DNA from: an uncultured virus (IMG/VR IMGVR_UViG_3300010348_001764)
Lineage: Duplodnaviria; Heunggongvirae; Uroviricota; Caudoviricetes
Virus record (IMG/VR): IMGVR_UViG_3300010348_001764
Length of the DNA stretch: 64,000 nt
Strand: one strand, 5' to 3'
The notes beneath the pieces were generated by a model that was given only the letters and a program-made list of their open reading frames with translations, was not told the DNA's origin and did not search any database. The position numbers were made by a program, and so were the translations under genes. Positions 47,413 through 58,152 of this stretch are shown one piece after another; the first letter of the stretch is position 1; each line of letters opens with the position of its first letter.

Positions 47413-48112
47413 AGCGATAGCCGGCGTCCCAAACGCCGAAGCGCGGGTCACCTGCCTTCTTGTGGTGATGGCCGTGCAGCCACTCCCCACCTGTGAACAA
47501 CAGGACCTCCATCCACTTCTGGTCGAGAGGTCCTGTTTTGTCGTGAGCGAACACCTGGTGCGCCGACCCGACGAAGTGGAGCCAGCCCATCGGTGCCAGG
47601 TAGCCGAACACGAGCGCCCATGGTGAGATGAGGTAGAGCGCCAGCGCGGTGCCGCCGACGACAAGCACGTAGTACTTGAAGAGGAAGCGGTGCAGCGGGT
47701 TGCGGTAGAGCCGAACGAGCGTGCGCCGGTGGAAGATGGTTGGGTTGTTCTTCTTCCAGAAGAGGTAGCGCCAGCCCGTGTAGTGCGGGTCCTTCTCGGT
47801 GTCGCTGTACTTGTGGTGCGAGACGTGCATGGCGCACCACTGCACCGATGAGCCGTACAGACCGAGAGTTCCCAGCCAGCCAAGCACCACGTGCCAGAAG
47901 GTCGAGGTGCGAAAGGCGTTGTGGCAGAAGAGGCGGTGCAGGCCAACCGTCACGCCCATCAGGATCATGAATGTGGCAGGAACGAACAGCGCGAGCCACC
48001 ACAGCGACGCCTGGCCGGTGGCGAGGGCGTAGGCGCCGTACAGCAGGGCGGCAAAGCCGACGTAGGACGCCAGCGGCGTCATGATGAGACGGTGAACGAA
48101 GGGGCGCTTCAT
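47375..48112 (-). CDS. membrane fatty-acid desaturase
   Basis: HRLFCH, HVSHH, GEWLHGHHH. Confidence 0.9.
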   Translation of the reverse strand: MKRPFVHRLIMTPLASYVGFAALLYGAYALATGQASLWWLALFVPATFMILMGVTVGLHRLFCHNAFRTSTFWHVVLGWLGTLGLYGSSVQWCAMHVSHHKYSDTEKDPHYTGWRYLFWKKNNPTIFHRRTLVRLYRNPLHRFLFKYYVLVVGGTALALYLISPWALVFGYLAPMGWLHFVGSAHQVFAHDKTGPLDQKWMEVLLFTGGEWLHGHHHKKAGDPRFGVWDAGYRFIQLIRADRTAA

Positions 48113-48645
48113 GATCGTGGAGAGATTGAGCGGCTGAAGTCAAGCAGCAGCACGCGGTTAGACAGGGCCTCAACGGTAGAGGCAGCCGTGACAACAGAGA
48201 AGTGGCTCTCCTCCTTGAAGGTCCTGTCACCGACCTTTACCGAACCGAGGCAGACGAGCGCCCTGAACCCGACTGGCACCAGCATGCGGTCACCGCGCTT
48301 GAGGTCAAGCTGCTGGACCACTGGAAGCTGGTTCTTGTTGATGTTGCCTGGGATGCAGACGCGGGTGGTCGGCTCGACGTACTTCAGCGTGAAGGTACCG
48401 CCCTCACCGACTACCTCGTGCTCTGACGACAGCACGCCTGGAACTCGGTCCTTGCGCCGCTCACCGTCAAGGTAGAACTCGGCGCGGCCCTTGGTAAAGT
48501 AGGTGAGCGCCTCCGTCTGCATAGCACCGCCATCGACGGTCTGGTAGGAGCCAACAGGGAAGTCGCGAAACGTTACGACCCAGCCGAATGCGCGGGTAAC
48601 CCGCGTTTCGTCCTGCCCATTGGAGCAGTGAAGGGTCTCGCGCAT
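48109..48645 (-). CDS. hypothetical protein
   Basis: ORF coupled in the fibre operon. Confidence 0.65.
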   Translation of the reverse strand: MRETLHCSNGQDETRVTRAFGWVVTFRDFPVGSYQTVDGGAMQTEALTYFTKGRAEFYLDGERRKDRVPGVLSSEHEVVGEGGTFTLKYVEPTTRVCIPGNINKNQLPVVQQLDLKRGDRMLVPVGFRALVCLGSVKVGDRTFKEESHFSVVTAASTVEALSNRVLLLDFSRSISPRS

Positions 48646-48646
48646 C

Positions 48647-49000
48647 TTACACCTGGCTTTCCTTGATCTCCTCAAGGACGCTGTAGATCATGGCGCGAAG
48701 GTACTCCTCGTTCCACGCGCCATTGATGTTAGGCGTCTCGCTCAAGGCTGGCTCTTCCTTTGGCGGTTCCCAGGCGTTGGTGCCGCTCTGGCCAATCTTG
48801 ACGTGATCGGTGTTGATGGGGTTCTTCATCAGCTCCCATGCGGCCTTTGGGGCGTAGTTGTCAACCCATTGACCTACGTCAACATCTGTCGGTGGAATGT
48901 GGATGTTGTAGCGAGCCTGAACGCCCTCGTGTTCGTAAATCACGACCATCGTGCCCGTAGACGGGTCAACGTTCTCAATCTGCCAGGTGTATTCGTACAT
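48647..49000 (-). CDS. hypothetical protein, possible fibre chaperone
   Basis: AGGAGG RBS; follows adhesin genes. Confidence 0.65.
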   Translation of the reverse strand: MYEYTWQIENVDPSTGTMVVIYEHEGVQARYNIHIPPTDVDVGQWVDNYAPKAAWELMKNPINTDHVKIGQSGTNAWEPPKEEPALSETPNINGAWNEEYLRAMIYSVLEEIKESQV

Positions 49001-49027
49001 GATGTCCTCCTGCTTCAGGAGTATCTA

Positions 49028-50473
49028 TCAGTAGAACCAGCCTGTTGGACCACCGATGACCAGGTTGTCGCTTGTGCGGCGGACGCGTAGATTGAAACCA
49101 GCTGAGGAAAAAGAAGCGTTGTTGAGCACGACGGTCAGCACGCTCATTCCCTGTGGCAGCACGAAGTTGTTGGTGGAGTAGACTGTCGGGTAGCCCATCG
49201 CGGTACCAGGAGCAACACCTACACCGTTCAGCGTCATGCTGACTAGCGAGTCATCGACTGCGCCGTACAGGTGCGCGTTGAAGCTGACGCCTGTGTTGTT
49301 AGTCAGAATGGTGGAGAAGGTGATGCTTGCCCCTGGCACGTTCGTGATGCCAGCGTTCTTGACATTCCAGTACCACGGCGAACCAAGAGCACCAGTCCAG
49401 GCACCGTTCAGCGGAGTGCCCTGCACGTAGTTCTTGCGGGTGCCCATGTTCGACGTGTAGTCGGTACCAAGTACGTAGATGCCAAAGCTGTCAACTGAGC
49501 CAACGAGCGTGCCGTGGTAGTACCACGAGATGTAGTTGCCGCCCGAGATGGCAAGGCCTGCAAGACCGCCGGTGCCTGGGGCGCTGTAGCCGCCATTGGC
49601 GTAGAGCAGGTCGCCATACAGGCCGTCCTTGCCGTTCTGTCCAAGGTCACCGCCGTTGCCACCTGGACCAGAACCAATCTGGCTTCCAATGACGAAGCGC
49701 GCGCCACCAGCACCTGCTGCTGCAAGAGTTCCTGCGCTGCCAGCCGAAGCCACACCGTTTGTCGTGTTGCCAGTCGATGTACCTGCTGCACCGCCTGCAC
49801 CGCCTGCCCGACCACCGCCACCGCCACCGCCAGAGGCGCCGATGAAGTCAGTCATCTTACCAGTTGGGTCGTGGCGGGTTGCGCCACCGCCACCGCCACC
49901 ACCACCCCCGCCACCAATGATGCCGAAGTTGCGCATGGTGACGTTGTAGTTCAGGCTGATGCCGATGCCACCGGCACCACCGTTGGTGCCGTTTGTGAGG
50001 GTTGCGCCGCTCACCGAGCCACCAGTTCCACCGGCACCACCGGCACCCTCAATGGTGCCGTAGTTCTGGATGTCGATCGTTGAGGTGGGGTCAGGAGGTG
50101 TTGGAGTTCCAAGTTCAAAGGCAGGAACTGAAGGCGACGTGCTGTACACGTACACGCCACCATTGATGGTCACGCTGGCAACGAGGCGCTTCACGCCGTC
50201 CCAGCCGGCAGCGATAGCGCGGTTGCGAAGGTTGTAGTTGGCAGTATCAACGGCTACGACGTCGTTGAAGATGAACTGCGCTGAGACGCCGAGGAAGTTG
50301 CCAATGGTGATCGTGCCGCTTGTTGGAATAGCGCCGATCTGCTGAACGCTGGTCGGAGGAGGATTGCCAACGTAGCCACCACCCGCGTAGTACTCGTTGA
50401 GGCCGATTGGCGCTGAGCCACCAAACTCGTTCTGAATGTCGAGCAGGCTGGCTGGTCCGGTAGGTACTGACAT
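49028..50473 (-). CDS. Gly-rich gp38-like tail-fibre adhesin with extra C-terminal domain
   Basis: N.G.I.G.GG.GG and IGGGGGGGG motifs; IQ.EFGG N-terminus. Confidence 0.7.
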   Translation of the reverse strand: MSVPTGPASLLDIQNEFGGSAPIGLNEYYAGGGYVGNPPPTSVQQIGAIPTSGTITIGNFLGVSAQFIFNDVVAVDTANYNLRNRAIAAGWDGVKRLVASVTINGGVYVYSTSPSVPAFELGTPTPPDPTSTIDIQNYGTIEGAGGAGGTGGSVSGATLTNGTNGGAGGIGISLNYNVTMRNFGIIGGGGGGGGGGGATRHDPTGKMTDFIGASGGGGGGGRAGGAGGAAGTSTGNTTNGVASAGSAGTLAAAGAGGARFVIGSQIGSGPGGNGGDLGQNGKDGLYGDLLYANGGYSAPGTGGLAGLAISGGNYISWYYHGTLVGSVDSFGIYVLGTDYTSNMGTRKNYVQGTPLNGAWTGALGSPWYWNVKNAGITNVPGASITFSTILTNNTGVSFNAHLYGAVDDSLVSMTLNGVGVAPGTAMGYPTVYSTNNFVLPQGMSVLTVVLNNASFSSAGFNLRVRRTSDNLVIGGPTGWFY

Positions 50474-50507
50474 CTGATCTTCCTAGTCTTTGAGACCTAT
50501 TTACGCG

Positions 50508-51635
50508 TCAGCCGATGGTGCCAAGACGAGTGCCTGTAACCGCCCAAGTCACATAGGTAGGCGCACCCGATGTGGCGGCACCTCCAGCGCCGCCAGCGAC
50601 GCCAAAGATGTAGCCTCCAGTGTAGTACTGACCACTAGATGCCGCTGGGTTACCGCCCTTGAAGCCTGCAGTGCCAAGAGCTCCACCAATACCCGTGTTT
50701 GCGCCAGTGCCACCGTTAAATCCACCGTCACCGTCAAATTGGTAGCCACCCCCGGATCCAACGCTACCGATAACAGCGCGAGTTCCTGGAACGCCTGGAG
50801 CAGTGAGAGAACCTGCTGATGCAAGCCCAGGGCTCGTGTTGCTTGAGCAGCCAGCGCAGGTACCTTGGGCACCAGCAGCACCACCCGGGTTGCCGCCTCG
50901 GCCGCCACCGCCACCAGCTCCACCGAAACCGTAGATTGTTCCCTTACCGTCGGTGTTGTTCTTTTCTGCACCGCTGCCACCACCGCCACCACCACCACCA
51001 CCAATAGTGCCGTTGTTGGTGAATGATGTTGCGTATTGGGCACGGAAGGCAGTACCACCAGCAGATCCTACAACAGGGGCAACACCGCCGTTAGCGTTCC
51101 ACGTAGTGGCGTTATTGGCACCGCCGTTTCCTGGACCAGTAATCTTTGCGCCTGCGCCTCCTGCGCCGCCCTTGCCGGTGATCAACCCATTGTTGACGAT
51201 GCTGATCGTTGAACCAGCGGGCCAACCAGTATCGGTATCAAGCGCGTAGGTAGCCGTTGATGAGGCCACGACATAGACGCCTGAGTTGATGGTCAGCGTT
51301 ACCAGCAAAGGTGCAGAGGATGAACCAGATACCGCAACTGCGCGGGTGCGGATGTTGTAGTCAACAGCAGAGACTGTGCCATCAGTGCCAACCGTGCCTG
51401 ATGTACCAGAGATGGTCAGCGACACGCTGATCGCCTTTGTCAGACCACGGAACATGCCCATGCGGATCAACCCGCTGGTGCTGATGGCGGTACCATCTGT
51501 CACAGATGTCGCCTGCGTCGAGGGCACGTAGCCAGTACCGCCACCGCGGTAGTACTCAGACAGAGCAGCAGGGTTGGCCCCACCGAACTCCGACTGGATG
51601 TGGCTCATTCCTAGGTTGGTTGTTGGCGTCGTCAT
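50508..51635 (-). CDS. Gly-rich gp38-like tail-fibre adhesin
   Basis: NNGLITGKGGAGG, NNGTIGGGGGGG; coupled to fibre gene. Confidence 0.7.
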   Translation of the reverse strand: MTTPTTNLGMSHIQSEFGGANPAALSEYYRGGGTGYVPSTQATSVTDGTAISTSGLIRMGMFRGLTKAISVSLTISGTSGTVGTDGTVSAVDYNIRTRAVAVSGSSSAPLLVTLTINSGVYVVASSTATYALDTDTGWPAGSTISIVNNGLITGKGGAGGAGAKITGPGNGGANNATTWNANGGVAPVVGSAGGTAFRAQYATSFTNNGTIGGGGGGGGGSGAEKNNTDGKGTIYGFGGAGGGGGRGGNPGGAAGAQGTCAGCSSNTSPGLASAGSLTAPGVPGTRAVIGSVGSGGGYQFDGDGGFNGGTGANTGIGGALGTAGFKGGNPAASSGQYYTGGYIFGVAGGAGGAATSGAPTYVTWAVTGTRLGTIG

Positions 51636-54469
51636 TCGGCGTCCTTAGCAGCCAGTTGGGCCTTCAGCGCGTTCACCTCGGCCTTGAGTTCCTTGACAGC
51701 TTCTACAAGCAGCGCGACCATGTTACCGTAGGTCACGCCCTTCATGCCGTCGTGATCCGTCTTCACCACCTCTGGTACGACCTCTTCCACTTCCTGGGCG
51801 ATGAAGCCGATCTGGTAGTCTCCTGTATCTACGCGCCTGTAGGAGACACCGCGCAGGCCTTCAACCTTCGCGAGCGCGTTGTAGATCGGCTCGATGTCCG
51901 TCTTGATGCGGCGGTCGGAGAACGCGGTTACGTCACCTGTGGCGTACAGGCTTCCAGCGACGTAGTGGTTGCCGTTCGTGTAGGCGGCGTAGCCAGCCGC
52001 GGTGGTTGAACCACCGATGCCAAGACAGACGTTGGCGCGGTTCCAGTAGAAGTGCCAGCCAGTCGAAGTGTCGTAGTCACCGCCGTTGCCAGAGGTGTCG
52101 AACATTCCGCCGTACGTGCTGGCAGAACCTGGGTAGTAGAGACCAAAGTAGCCGTTGTTTGACTGGCCACCGAACTCCATTGTTCCGTAGGTGCCGGTAG
52201 ACGTCTGCATGTAGGCGCTGCCGTTGCTTGGGTACAGCGCGCCAGTGATGCGAAGCGAGCCGCTGGCATAGAACTGAGCGCGGTAGACGTTGAGGCCATC
52301 AGACCAACCGCCGATGCGGAACACGTTGTCGGTGTCCAGGCCCATGTTGATGGCGTAGGCACCAGGCCGGTGGAACGACATGACTGCGGCATTGGTGCCA
52401 GCGGAATTGCCGAAGGCAACCAGGGTGCCTGCCTGAGTAGCAACGCCGACTGAGTTGCCAGATAGGAAGTTCTGGGTGCCAGTCCAGGTGTAGCTGCCAC
52501 CAACCGCAGAGGAAATGCTGCTCGTGTTGTTGGCAAGGGTGGCTGTCGCTGCATTGCCGCTGATGCTGATGGCCCACGTGCCAGAGGCACCGGTGCCGGT
52601 GAGCGTTGGCACATAGGTGTTGTAGTTGGCGCTGTCAAGCGGCGTGTTGCCAGCAAACGAAGGGCGGTGCTCGAAGTGCCACTGCGTTCCATTATTATAT
52701 GCCTTCGAGCTGAAGGAAGTATCGGTGCGAAGCAGCTCGATTGCCCATGGCCCAGAACTTGATGTGCGCAGCGACAGCGGCAACGAAGCACCGCTATTGA
52801 CCACGAGGGCACCAGTCATCGTGTCACCGGCCTTGAGCACGTTCAGCGAAGCAGCACCAGTAAGCGAGGCCGTGATGGTACCAGCGATAAAGTTGCCCGA
52901 GGCGTCACGCGAGACAACGGTAGAGGCCGTGTTGGCTGACGTGATGCCGATTGCCGACGCGGCTGCAGTGACGCGGCCCTTGCTGTCAACCGTGACAGTT
53001 GGTACCGAGGCCGAGCTACCGAACGTACCGATGTTGCCGGCTACCTGCTTGAGCTGCAGCTGCGGTGGGGAGAACGTGAAGTCATTGACCGTGTCGGCAT
53101 TCACCGAGATGGTGGTGCCAGCGATCGTGATACCGTTACCAGCAACGCCACCACCTGCGGTGGAGAACTGCACGAAGGCCAGCGGTGTTGAGTTGACCGT
53201 GACGCTGTCGACGATCTGGACATAGGCGATGTCGGCCTGCGTCGTGCCTTCAGACACGAACACAGCCGCCGATGGCAGTTCAGTTGCGCTGTCAGCATCA
53301 GCAACGCGGGTCCAGGCTCCTGAGGCAACGTTGTAGATGCCGTTGGCGGCGTTGCGCGTGCGACCAAGGAAGGCACCAGCATCGGCATCTGGCGTCTGGT
53401 TCTTGACAAGGACGCGGTCACCGACGTTCAGCGCCACTCCATCGACAGTCTGCGCGCCCGAAAGAGTGATGTTGGCCGTAGTGGCGGCACGAACTGCCTG
53501 CTTCCACGACACGCCGTTGGCCACGACGTTGTCAACGTACTGCTTGGTTGCTGCCTGCAGCGCGAGGGTTGGGTCAGCTGACAGCAGAACGGTGCTGTTG
53601 AACTGCGCTGCACCACCGACCACCAGCGACGAGAGCGTGCCGACCGACGTCAGTGAGGACGCGGTGACGGTTGGGTTCAGCGTGGTGCCAGTCAGCGTTC
53701 CAGCTGCGGCCGTGACGGTGATGTTTGCCGAGCCGTCGAAGGCGACGCCGTTGATGGTGCGCGGAGTGGTCAGAGTTGCCGCTGAACCAGAGATGTTGAT
53801 GGCATAGGTGCCGCTCAGGCGAGCAGCCGCGATCGTACCTGACAGGAGGGATGCAGGAACGTCCGTAACCGGAATGGTGATGTTGGCCGAACCGTCAAAT
53901 GACTGCGCAGTCGCGGTCACACCTGACAGGCCGATCGTGCGCGCGGCCTGAAGGGTCGTCGCAGTAGAGGCGTTGCCTGCCACAGTGATCGTGTAGGTGC
54001 CAGACAGCCGAGCTGCAGGAACCGTGCCAGCCGTCAGGTTGGTGGCATTGAGGTCGGTGACTGGGATCGTGATGTTGGCCGAGCCGTTGAACGAAGTCGC
54101 CGTGCCTGTTGCTCCACCTGAGATAGCGATGGTACGCGCCGTCTGAAGAACAGTTGCGGTGGCTGCGTTGCCACCAATGTTCAGCGAGCTGGCAGTTCCA
54201 GTCAGACCAGTGCCAGAGCCAGTGAACTGGCCAGTGGCGGTGATGACGTCAGCGGTGACGTCACCCGATCCCAGATCGATGTTGCCGCTTGCATCGAGCG
54301 GCTTCATGGAGAACCAGGCGCTTGCACCTGTGAAGATGCGAAGCGCATCCAAATCGGTGCGATAGAACAGCTCGCCGACGTCTGGATTTGACGGGTCAGA
54401 TGTGCCGGAGTCAATCGACACATTGACGATCTTGGAGGTCTCGGTAATCTGAGGGCGGTCAATCAGCAT
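51632..54469 (-). CDS. tail fibre with C-terminal S74 chaperone domain
   Basis: FDGSANIT repeats; SDRRIKTDI..GFIAQEVE..coiled coil. Confidence 0.9.
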   Translation of the reverse strand: MLIDRPQITETSKIVNVSIDSGTSDPSNPDVGELFYRTDLDALRIFTGASAWFSMKPLDASGNIDLGSGDVTADVITATGQFTGSGTGLTGTASSLNIGGNAATATVLQTARTIAISGGATGTATSFNGSANITIPVTDLNATNLTAGTVPAARLSGTYTITVAGNASTATTLQAARTIGLSGVTATAQSFDGSANITIPVTDVPASLLSGTIAAARLSGTYAINISGSAATLTTPRTINGVAFDGSANITVTAAAGTLTGTTLNPTVTASSLTSVGTLSSLVVGGAAQFNSTVLLSADPTLALQAATKQYVDNVVANGVSWKQAVRAATTANITLSGAQTVDGVALNVGDRVLVKNQTPDADAGAFLGRTRNAANGIYNVASGAWTRVADADSATELPSAAVFVSEGTTQADIAYVQIVDSVTVNSTPLAFVQFSTAGGGVAGNGITIAGTTISVNADTVNDFTFSPPQLQLKQVAGNIGTFGSSASVPTVTVDSKGRVTAAASAIGITSANTASTVVSRDASGNFIAGTITASLTGAASLNVLKAGDTMTGALVVNSGASLPLSLRTSSSGPWAIELLRTDTSFSSKAYNNGTQWHFEHRPSFAGNTPLDSANYNTYVPTLTGTGASGTWAISISGNAATATLANNTSSISSAVGGSYTWTGTQNFLSGNSVGVATQAGTLVAFGNSAGTNAAVMSFHRPGAYAINMGLDTDNVFRIGGWSDGLNVYRAQFYASGSLRITGALYPSNGSAYMQTSTGTYGTMEFGGQSNNGYFGLYYPGSASTYGGMFDTSGNGGDYDTSTGWHFYWNRANVCLGIGGSTTAAGYAAYTNGNHYVAGSLYATGDVTAFSDRRIKTDIEPIYNALAKVEGLRGVSYRRVDTGDYQIGFIAQEVEEVVPEVVKTDHDGMKGVTYGNMVALLVEAVKELKAEVNALKAQLAAKDAE

Positions 54470-54503
54470 GGGATGTCCCTATGGAGGCTGGCCTATTTAA
54501 CCC

Positions 54504-55097
54504 TTAGACGATGTTTCCAGTCTCCATTCTGATCGTCAGCGTCTTGGTAGCTACAACCGTTGAGGCGTCGTTGGAGAACTCCAGGGTGAACACCCGCGTG
54601 CTGACACCGGTACCGCTTCTCGTGACGCCGAAGCTACGAGAGGCATTTAGCTGATACCACGTGCCTGCGGTCATGGCTGGGCTGGTAAAAGGCGTGCCGC
54701 CGGTAACTGAGAAGCGCACATACTTGCCTGTTCCGATGCTGGCCGTTGTGGGTGACCACCAAGATCCTGCACCTGCGTCAGTGTTAGATGAAATGCTGCC
54801 ATCTGTAGCAAGCGTGGCGTAGGCAGTGGACGAGCTGGTTCCTGGCACCGAGCGAAGCCCGCCATATGCAGCTGTGTTATACGCACCGGACACCGTCTTC
54901 GTCAGCCCACGGAACATTCCGATTCGGATCTCAGAAGCAGTCGACGTTGGAATCGCTACTCCATCAGTTGCTGACGTGGTTTGGTTGGACGGAACGTAGG
55001 CTCCACCCTTCACGTACTCAGACACGGAGACGGGGTTTGCACCACCAAACTCCGTCTGAATGTCACTGAACAGAACGTTGGTTGTTGGAATCGGCAT
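54504..55097 (-). CDS. fibre-tip partner sharing adhesin N-terminal domain
   Basis: MPIPTTN..IQTEFGGANP..FRGLTK like 50508 product. Confidence 0.65.
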   Translation of the reverse strand: MPIPTTNVLFSDIQTEFGGANPVSVSEYVKGGAYVPSNQTTSATDGVAIPTSTASEIRIGMFRGLTKTVSGAYNTAAYGGLRSVPGTSSSTAYATLATDGSISSNTDAGAGSWWSPTTASIGTGKYVRFSVTGGTPFTSPAMTAGTWYQLNASRSFGVTRSGTGVSTRVFTLEFSNDASTVVATKTLTIRMETGNIV

Positions 55098-55154
55098 GGT
55101 TTACTCGTAGCGAGCCAGTTTTTCCTGCAGCAGCATGACCTTGGCGTTCAGTTG

Positions 55155-57788
55155 TTATTTGGCTTCGAGGGCAGCTACTCGCTTCTCAAGTGCCTCAATG
55201 CGCTCCATAGCTTCCTGCAGAGCCTTGACTGCCTTCATGTACAGCACCGAGTACTGCACAGAAAGTGTCTTGTCTTCATCAGGGGCTTCCGTCACCAGCC
55301 CTGGCGACGTGGTTTGCAGCTCCTGGGCCACCACGCCGAGCTGCAGCGGGCCAGTTGGGTCGTTCTTGAAGTGGAACTTACGAACACGCACCGCCTTGAC
55401 GTCATCCCACTGTGAGCCAGCATCAACGATGTCTTGCTTCAGCCGCTGGTCAGAGATTGCGCCGTACGAGTTGTTCGCGTTTTGAACGTTGCCGTTCCGA
55501 AGCACGACGAAGCGTGAAGCAGCTGCAGACTGCAGAGAGATGGCAGTGACGGTATCATTTGCACGAGCGACAATCTGCAGGCTGGTTGGCGAGCCGGCAG
55601 ATGCATTCGTGTCATTGATGAACACGCCGTTGTTGGACGAACCGTCATGGTCGATGTCGACCTTAAAGTTGGATGGCGACGAGGTCTTGCCAACCAACAG
55701 GCGGCCAGCTGTGTCGAGGCACATGCGCTCGATGCTATTCGTACCAAAGTACATCGGTAGGTTGGCACGGTTCCAAACGTAGGCGGAGCCGTCTGCCGCC
55801 TGTCGCAGCAGAAAATCTGATGAACCCGTGGCGTTAGCATTACCACACAGACTCAGATCAGCTTCATATCCAGCTGTTACAGCACGAACGATCGTTTGAA
55901 CTGAACTCGAGGATTTTGAAATGTCTACTGAGCCATTGACTTGGAGAACACCCAGTCCAGAAGATGAAGAGCGTGCCACCAGCAGATTACCGCTGCTGTC
56001 GAGCCGCATTTTTTCGGTGTTGTTGGTACCGAAAATAAGAGCAGCGCTGAAGTACTCGAAGATGTTGCCATTGCCAGAAACATCTGACCACAGGCGAAGA
56101 CCACCAGTATCACCTGCCGCGTTGCGACTTTGGATCGTGCCAATTACCTCCAGCTTGTTTCCTGAAGAAGTAGCACCGATGCCGAGGTTGCCTGAACCAT
56201 CTAGCCGCATGCGCTCAGCACCGCCTGCCTGGAAGTACATGCTCTGGCCAGCCGAGCCGATGATCAGGTTGTTCGTGGTGCCGCTGTCCTTGAGGACAAG
56301 CGCGGCGCCGGTGGCGTTTGCGCTCTGTACGGTAAGGGCGGCGGCGTTGTAGTTCAGCGTCAGCGCGCCAGTCATCGTGTCGCCGGTGACGTTCACGTAG
56401 GTGGCATCAGCGAGGGCGGTGATGTCGGCTGTCGTGACGGCAGTGGTGCCTGAAACGCGGCCGTAGGCATCGCGCGTGAACTTCAGGAAGGAGCCAGTGC
56501 CGGCATCAGTGACGGTGGCGAGGTCGATGTCATCAACGTTCACCACGATGCGCGAGGTCGAGGCGGTGCCAACGTTGAACGCGTTGCCGGAGAGCGACAG
56601 ACCGGCGCCTGCGGTGTAGGCGCCGGAGGCTGAGAACTGAACGAACACCATGGCGTCGGTACCAACCGTGGTGACAGGTGCCGTTTGCGTCCAGCCAGTA
56701 TCCGACTGCGTTGAGCCCTGCTGCACGAACACCGCCGCGCTGTTGACCTCATCGATGGGTGAGGTGGCGTCGAAGTCGGTAGCGCGGGTCCAGGTGCCAG
56801 AGGCGACAACCCAGATGCCGTTCTCGGCCTGAGTGGTCTGGTTCTTTACCAGCACGCGGTCACCAGCAACGCATGACACGCCGTCGATCGTCTGCGCACC
56901 AGACAGCGTGATGTTGGAAACAGTTGCGGCCTTGACTGACTTCTTCCATGACAGGCCGGCGAGGGCGTTGTCGACGTAGTTCTTGGTGGTCAGGTGCGAC
57001 GATGAAGATGGTTCGGCGCTGACGACCGGGTTGTTGAACGTCCAGCTGCCGGTGATGGTCTCATTGCCACCCACACGCGCGAGCAGAGTGCCGTCGGTGA
57101 TCTGGCTCTCAGTGATAGTTAGCGCAGCCTGGTGCTGGGTGACGTTGGACTGGGCGATGCGGGCATCAGCAAGGGTGCCACTCGTGACCTGGCTAGCAGC
57201 AAGTGCAAGTGCAGCCTGGTGCTGGGTGACGTTCGACTGAGCGATGCGCGCGTCGCTGAAGGTACCGCTCGTGACCTGGGCAGCGTCGATGTTGATCTGG
57301 CCGGTCGTAACAGAGGTGACCAGGCCCTTGCCGTTGACAGTCAGCGCAACGTACGACGAGTTGTTGCCAAACGAGCCGGTGGATGCGTTGACTGTGGCCA
57401 GGGTGAGCACGTCAGTGCCACCGTCGATGGTGCCGGTGACGTCGCCGGTGATGGTGTACGAGGTACCGCTGGCCGAAACAGCAACCCATGTGCTGTCGTT
57501 GTAGGCGTACAGGCCCTCAGCGCCATCGTTGGAGTTCTTGTAGAACAGGTCGCCAGGGTTGGCCGAAACTGGGAAGGAGGTTCCCGACGGCACGGTGACG
57601 CTGTCAGCTGAGGCGATCCGCTCCCAGGTTCCGCCGATGTAGACGTACAGGCCACGAACCGTTGTGGCGCTGTCGGAGCGGTAGAAGACCTCGCCCGCGT
57701 CTGGGCTGCTCGGGAAGCTTGTTCCTGAAGCTACAACAAGGTTGGAGATGGTGGCGCCCTGTACGAGCTGAATACCGTCGATGCGCAT
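55155..57788 (-). CDS. tail fibre with C-terminal S74 chaperone domain
   Basis: GDRVLVKNQ module; ERMRLD repeats; SDQRLKQDI..GVVAQEL. Confidence 0.9.
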   Translation of the reverse strand: MRIDGIQLVQGATISNLVVASGTSFPSSPDAGEVFYRSDSATTVRGLYVYIGGTWERIASADSVTVPSGTSFPVSANPGDLFYKNSNDGAEGLYAYNDSTWVAVSASGTSYTITGDVTGTIDGGTDVLTLATVNASTGSFGNNSSYVALTVNGKGLVTSVTTGQINIDAAQVTSGTFSDARIAQSNVTQHQAALALAASQVTSGTLADARIAQSNVTQHQAALTITESQITDGTLLARVGGNETITGSWTFNNPVVSAEPSSSSHLTTKNYVDNALAGLSWKKSVKAATVSNITLSGAQTIDGVSCVAGDRVLVKNQTTQAENGIWVVASGTWTRATDFDATSPIDEVNSAAVFVQQGSTQSDTGWTQTAPVTTVGTDAMVFVQFSASGAYTAGAGLSLSGNAFNVGTASTSRIVVNVDDIDLATVTDAGTGSFLKFTRDAYGRVSGTTAVTTADITALADATYVNVTGDTMTGALTLNYNAAALTVQSANATGAALVLKDSGTTNNLIIGSAGQSMYFQAGGAERMRLDGSGNLGIGATSSGNKLEVIGTIQSRNAAGDTGGLRLWSDVSGNGNIFEYFSAALIFGTNNTEKMRLDSSGNLLVARSSSSGLGVLQVNGSVDISKSSSSVQTIVRAVTAGYEADLSLCGNANATGSSDFLLRQAADGSAYVWNRANLPMYFGTNSIERMCLDTAGRLLVGKTSSPSNFKVDIDHDGSSNNGVFINDTNASAGSPTSLQIVARANDTVTAISLQSAAASRFVVLRNGNVQNANNSYGAISDQRLKQDIVDAGSQWDDVKAVRVRKFHFKNDPTGPLQLGVVAQELQTTSPGLVTEAPDEDKTLSVQYSVLYMKAVKALQEAMERIEALEKRVAALEAK

Positions 57789-57852
57789 GGGTTGATCCCT
57801 CGGTCAGATGTCATATTTACGGGAGGCGTCCGCTTGCCCGTAAATAGCAGCC

Positions 57853-58152
57853 ATGATGTCGTTCAAACAGTTCCTGGCTGAGGATCCGCTGGTGTCTCTT
57901 GCTGCAGAGATGTGGCTGCGTACGCACTTCAAGGAGCTCACCAAGGAAGAGTGCCGTGAGATCGCTGAATGGATCATTACCGGCGACGATGAGCACCTGT
58001 CGTTCAACGGACCGTACGACAAGATCTACAACGTGTTTGTCAACAACGGCGAAATTCCGTATGGCATCGCAAAGGGCGACACTGGTGATCCAAATCAGTG
58101 GGTCTTTGATCACCTACACCAGCTAATGAGGGCAGACGGCATCGACGTATGA
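57853..58152 (+). CDS. putative internal head protein
   Basis: late promoter; MSFKQFLAE. Confidence 0.6.
   Translation: MMSFKQFLAEDPLVSLAAEMWLRTHFKELTKEECREIAEWIITGDDEHLSFNGPYDKIYNVFVNNGEIPYGIAKGDTGDPNQWVFDHLHQLMRADGIDV

Noticed and set aside
57124..57300. 87-nt-period direct repeat
   Set aside because: In-frame protein repeat within the tail fibre (DARIAQSNVTQHQAAL), not CRISPR or DGR.
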